Source of the DNA: Chthoniobacterales bacterium
GTDB taxonomy: Bacteria; Verrucomicrobiota; Verrucomicrobiia; Chthoniobacterales; UBA10450
Assembly (NCBI GenBank): GCA_025934755.1
Contig: JAICWQ010000001.1
Location: 1-56,652, forward strand
DNA: 56,652 nucleotides
Reading direction: 5' to 3'
Both the position numbers and the translations under genes were made by a program. Below the pieces are notes generated by a model. The model worked only from the letters and a program-made list of their open reading frames with translations, had not been told where the DNA came from and searched no databases. This document shows positions 53,903-56,652 of the stretch, in pieces (position 1 is the first letter of the stretch; each line of letters starts with the position of its first letter).

Positions 53903-54394
53903 TTGCTCTCTCTGACCATCATGGACCGACAAATCGGCATCGACCAAGTCGACGAACTTCTGCCCCTGGCCGCGCAATGGGCGACTGAACAGGAGCGGCG
54001 TGTTTTGTGCGAAGGGGTCCCACTCTCCGAATCGGAGCTGGCTGATGCCAAGGCGGTTGGAGTTCGAAATCCCGAACGGGTTCGCTTGCTTCGCGTCGAT
54101 GAGATTCCGGTTCCGGTCCATCCGATGTTGAAAGCGGCCGCCGCGTCCATCAATTTCATTACCGCCGCGCCTCGCGGCCTTGCCTTGCAGAACGCAATTT
54201 TTGTTCGCTCGGATCAGTGGCGCGATCGCGACCTGATTGTTCACGAACTGGTGCATACCGCGCAATATCAGAGACTCGGCGGGGTGCTTCCGTTCCTTCA
54301 AACCTACATTGTTCAATGTGCGACGGTCGGCTATCAGCAAGCGCCTTTGGAACTCGAAGCGACCGCAACCGCAGAGCGAATCTGTTCCGAATAG
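53903..54394 (+). CDS. Small HExxH zincin-like protein (DUF4157-like putative metallopeptidase)
   Basis: The motif HELVHTAQYQRLGG is preceded by ..GLALQNAIFVRSD.., resembling the DUF4157 pattern (..G..I.F....LL.HEL.HV.Q). An alternative ATG lies at 53921. Confidence 0.55.
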   Translation: MLSLTIMDRQIGIDQVDELLPLAAQWATEQERRVLCEGVPLSESELADAKAVGVRNPERVRLLRVDEIPVPVHPMLKAAAASINFITAAPRGLALQNAIFVRSDQWRDRDLIVHELVHTAQYQRLGGVLPFLQTYIVQCATVGYQQAPLELEATATAERICSE

Positions 54395-54418
54395 GCGGAA
54401 CGTTCGGCGCGCAGCCGA

Positions 54419-54946
54419 TCACTTTTTGCGGTGACCGACCATCTCGCCGCGCACGCTCCGGGGATCGAGTCGGGTGAGATTTTTCTCCATTGCTGAGGTT
54501 AGCAATCGGATATGCGGAATTTCGCACAGATGTTCGGCAATGAACCAGACCGGTTTGTCAGTCGTCATCCAGTTGAGACGATCGAACCGCGCGAGATTGA
54601 TCGGACGCGAGTAGGTTCGAAGGGTCCGTTCAAATCGCAGATTAAAGTAGATATTGAAGTAACTCATGGCCAGCTCGCGCAAGGTTCGGTAGACCGGCTC
54701 GCGATAACGGCAGCCGCTGAAGTTTGATTTCGCGACCGCGCCCCAATGCCCTCGCAATTTGAAAATCGCGACAACGTGATCGGTGTCCTGGTTTGCCTCC
54801 AAGTCGAAAATCAAGGGCGGCAATCCAAGGACGCGTAGCGCGGCGGCGGCAAAAATTCCGCCCTCCAGGCAGGATGCGATCCGATCGTGCAACACCTTTC
54901 TCGGTGAACGCGCGGTGTAACTGAGATTGTAAGGCAACCCATCCAA
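54419..54946 (-). CDS. Hypothetical protein, possible papain-like fold (transglutaminase/NAT-like Cys-His) protein
   Basis: The context ..RIASCLEGGIFAAAALRVLGLP.. followed by ..DHVVAIFKLRGHWGAV.. resembles the Cys...His arrangement of transglutaminase-like enzymes. The start codon is TTG. The family assignment is weak. Confidence 0.4.
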   Translation of the reverse strand: MDGLPYNLSYTARSPRKVLHDRIASCLEGGIFAAAALRVLGLPPLIFDLEANQDTDHVVAIFKLRGHWGAVAKSNFSGCRYREPVYRTLRELAMSYFNIYFNLRFERTLRTYSRPINLARFDRLNWMTTDKPVWFIAEHLCEIPHIRLLTSAMEKNLTRLDPRSVRGEMVGHRKK

Positions 54947-55072
54947 AAACCGTTGAACGCCGGAGGGCGTTTTCAGCGAGCGGAGTTTACGCAGTTCTCC
55001 CGGGGTAAATCCAAAATCGCGGTGAATAGAAGTCGATCTTGCGATCAGCGATCTTGCGCTATCCGCGCAATT

Positions 55073-55591
55073 TTACAATCCAACCGGATGCCGCGCTTCG
55101 AATCCGCCCGCCGGAACACGTTCTGCCAGCTGCCATCCCGGCGCCCATTTGTCGTGGGCGGTCAGATACGGGGTCGTATCGAGACGGAGTCCCGCGATGA
55201 TCGCGTAAGTGTGACCGTTACGCGCGTAAATGGTGATCCATTTGCCGCGACCGCTTTCGCCGTACTTGCGAAACTCGGTGGAACTGATCGGTGATTTCAA
55301 CAACCCGCCACCGCCGAGAGCAAAGGAAACCGTGCCGGAACAATCATAGCCACGATCATGGAACGACTTGTGACCGCCGCCGAAAATGTAGGGTTTGCGG
55401 AAAAGTTGGTTGGCCGCCCAGATCACCCGTTTCACAACCAGCGGCGCTGATGCTGGGGCAGCGGCTTTGCCGGCGCGAAGACGCGCCCGATTTCCCGGGA
55501 CAGTGGGGCCGGAAGTGGGAAAACTATCTGCGCTAACCGACGCCGTGGCAACGGCCAGGACAGCCGGAATAATTAAAATTTTGGGACTCAA
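55073..55591 (-). CDS. NlpC/P60-like (C40) cell-wall peptidase, secreted
   Basis: A signal peptide is present. The sequence YIFGGGHKSFHDRGYDCSGTVSFAL carries a catalytic Cys context, with a downstream His in ..NGHTYAII... Confidence 0.7.
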   Translation of the reverse strand: MSPKILIIPAVLAVATASVSADSFPTSGPTVPGNRARLRAGKAAAPASAPLVVKRVIWAANQLFRKPYIFGGGHKSFHDRGYDCSGTVSFALGGGGLLKSPISSTEFRKYGESGRGKWITIYARNGHTYAIIAGLRLDTTPYLTAHDKWAPGWQLAERVPAGGFEARHPVGL

Positions 55592-55720
55592 GGAAGCAGG
55601 GAGCGTTTCGAGCGTGTCCTATGCCACAAAATCCCGTCTTGCCAAGAAAAAAGTTGGGCCGATGGCATTTTTTTAAGACCGTTTCGGCGACCGATCACGA
55701 TACTTGCTGCGAAAGGGGTT

Positions 55721-56652
55721 ATGTTTTATAAAAGAAGCCCAGAGCACAAGAGTATGCCCCAACTCGATTTCCGCGAAGCGCTCTCCACTCCTGAAGATAG
55801 CGTCCGCCCCGTCTCCGCCCCCGTTCCGATGGTTTCGCCTCAATCGTCTGGCTCGAGATCATTTTTGCAGGATGCCGGACTGAGCCATTCCACCTGGGCG
55901 AACATCGTTTTTGTGGGGATCGCCGCGATGGGCGGTTTGCTCTGCGCATTTTATTTCTTTAATGGTGGCGAATTATTGCGCGCCGCCGCAGCATGGCCGA
56001 ACGAATTCCTTTATCCCAGGCCGCTTTCAACGGACAGAATTGATGCCTCCGTCCAGCCAGTAGCGGCCGACCAATACAAGCGCGATTCAGATTCAGCGAC
56101 CGCGAAGAGCGATGATAATAATCGAGATCTCAGTGCTCAGGATTTTCGGAATCCGCAATTAGCGCAGATACCTCCGACCACAGTGAGCGGAGGTTCGGCT
56201 CCGGTTTTGCCGCTTCCTGGCACCACAATCCTTCCGCCGGGCGCGCCCGTGCTTCCGATGACCCCAATTACGCCCGTTTTGCCGGTGCCGCCATTGCCAC
56301 CAGTCGTTCCTCCTCCGCCGGACTCGATTTTTCAGGACTTAAATTCGGTTCCAACCGGCCCAGGCTCAGTGGCCCAGTCATTTTACCAAACGGTGAACGA
56401 CCCGGTTGCCGTTCTTTCCAAAAAAATCCCTGCCGCCGTGGCAACAAGCAAAGTAACTGCCGGGGGCAAAAAGGTCGCCAAGGCTCGATCGAAAGCAGCA
56501 GTCCGCTCTACCAGTAGTTCGACTGTGAAGTCAGCGTCTCAGGCGACACAGAAAATCGCGAGCCAGGTGCAATCTCCGATGATGCAAAATCAAACCATGT
56601 TCGGCGGCGGCATGGGCACTACCAGCGGACTTGGCGCGGGGGTTGGAAGTAG
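55721..56652 (+). CDS. Partial CDS (3' end outside window): single-pass membrane protein with Pro-rich and Ser/Ala/Lys-rich regions
   Basis: This ORF is absent from the track because it has no stop in the window. The frame is open from the ATG at 55721 (or the ATG at 55754) to 56652. It encodes a TM helix (WANIVFVGIAAMGGLLCAFYFF) and then ..PVLPLPGTTILPPGAPVLPMTPITPVLPVPPLPPVVPPPP... Confidence 0.45.
   Translation, partial: MFYKRSPEHKSMPQLDFREALSTPEDSVRPVSAPVPMVSPQSSGSRSFLQDAGLSHSTWANIVFVGIAAMGGLLCAFYFFNGGELLRAAAAWPNEFLYPRPLSTDRIDASVQPVAADQYKRDSDSATAKSDDNNRDLSAQDFRNPQLAQIPPTTVSGGSAPVLPLPGTTILPPGAPVLPMTPITPVLPVPPLPPVVPPPPDSIFQDLNSVPTGPGSVAQSFYQTVNDPVAVLSKKIPAAVATSKVTAGGKKVAKARSKAAVRSTSSSTVKSASQATQKIASQVQSPMMQNQTMFGGGMGTTSGLGAGVGS

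Noticed and set aside
1-56652. Searched by eye for several classes of feature: CRISPR arrays; integrase, transposase or recombinase genes; reverse transcriptase, retron or DGR components; restriction endonucleases; toxin-antitoxin pairs; phage structural genes; and rRNA or other large ncRNA genes.
   Set aside because: None were found. The tandem or interspersed repeats present are palindromic REP/MITE-like units or coding low-complexity tracts, not repeat-spacer arrays. No ORF carries the catalytic motifs of these enzyme classes. A profile-HMM scan would be needed to exclude highly diverged members.

Overview
This 56.6-kb window is a bacterial chromosomal segment with about 54 protein-coding genes, roughly 45 of them on the minus strand. 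I found no rRNA, no intact tRNA, no CRISPR array, and no recognisable integrase, transposase, reverse transcriptase or restriction endonuclease.

Gene content is mostly housekeeping. It includes priA, polX, thiG, carB, rpoA-rplQ, rpsO-pnp, glmM, scpB, sodC and aguB, plus a SsuABC-like ABC importer, a DEAD-box helicase and a PAS histidine kinase with a sigma-54 (NtrC-type) response regulator. There is also a run of signal-peptide hydrolases (two S9 peptidases, an amidohydrolase, a beta-lactamase-fold hydrolase), a LemA/TPM cluster and a small GT2-GNAT-cupin operon. The prepilin-like protein, the giant Pro-Thr protein and the repeat types suggest a Verrucomicrobiota- or Planctomycetota-like soil bacterium, but that is inference only.

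I did not find a convincing new multi-gene system such as a defence island or mobile element core. The structure that gene annotation does not explain is mainly non-coding:
1. An orphan 3' half of a tRNA-Thr(UGU) gene at 655-699, which looks like the attR-type footprint of an integrated element lying to the left of the window.
2. At least four families of palindromic intergenic repeats. One ~69-bp nested palindrome brackets a single oxidoreductase gene in inverted orientation.
3. Two 66-bp palindromic elements sitting in frame inside an S9 peptidase gene, resembling Rickettsia palindromic elements.
4. A 1090-aa secreted protein with a ~400-aa Pro-Thr tail punctuated by three CGR(G/N)GCG knuckles, encoded by a 390-bp-period duplication whose 7 mismatches are all silent.
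5. A guanidino-modifying (ArgZ-like) enzyme preceded by a stand-alone 83-aa LOR/SDH N-terminal-type domain.
6. A purine/pyrimidine heptamer hairpin immediately upstream of an rpoA gene that is detached from the usual rpsM-rpsK-rpsD context.

Many long ORFs in the supplied track are antisense shadows of real genes and were rejected. Several first codons in the track are TTG or GTG, so I moved starts to downstream ATGs where signal peptides or family N-termini supported it.
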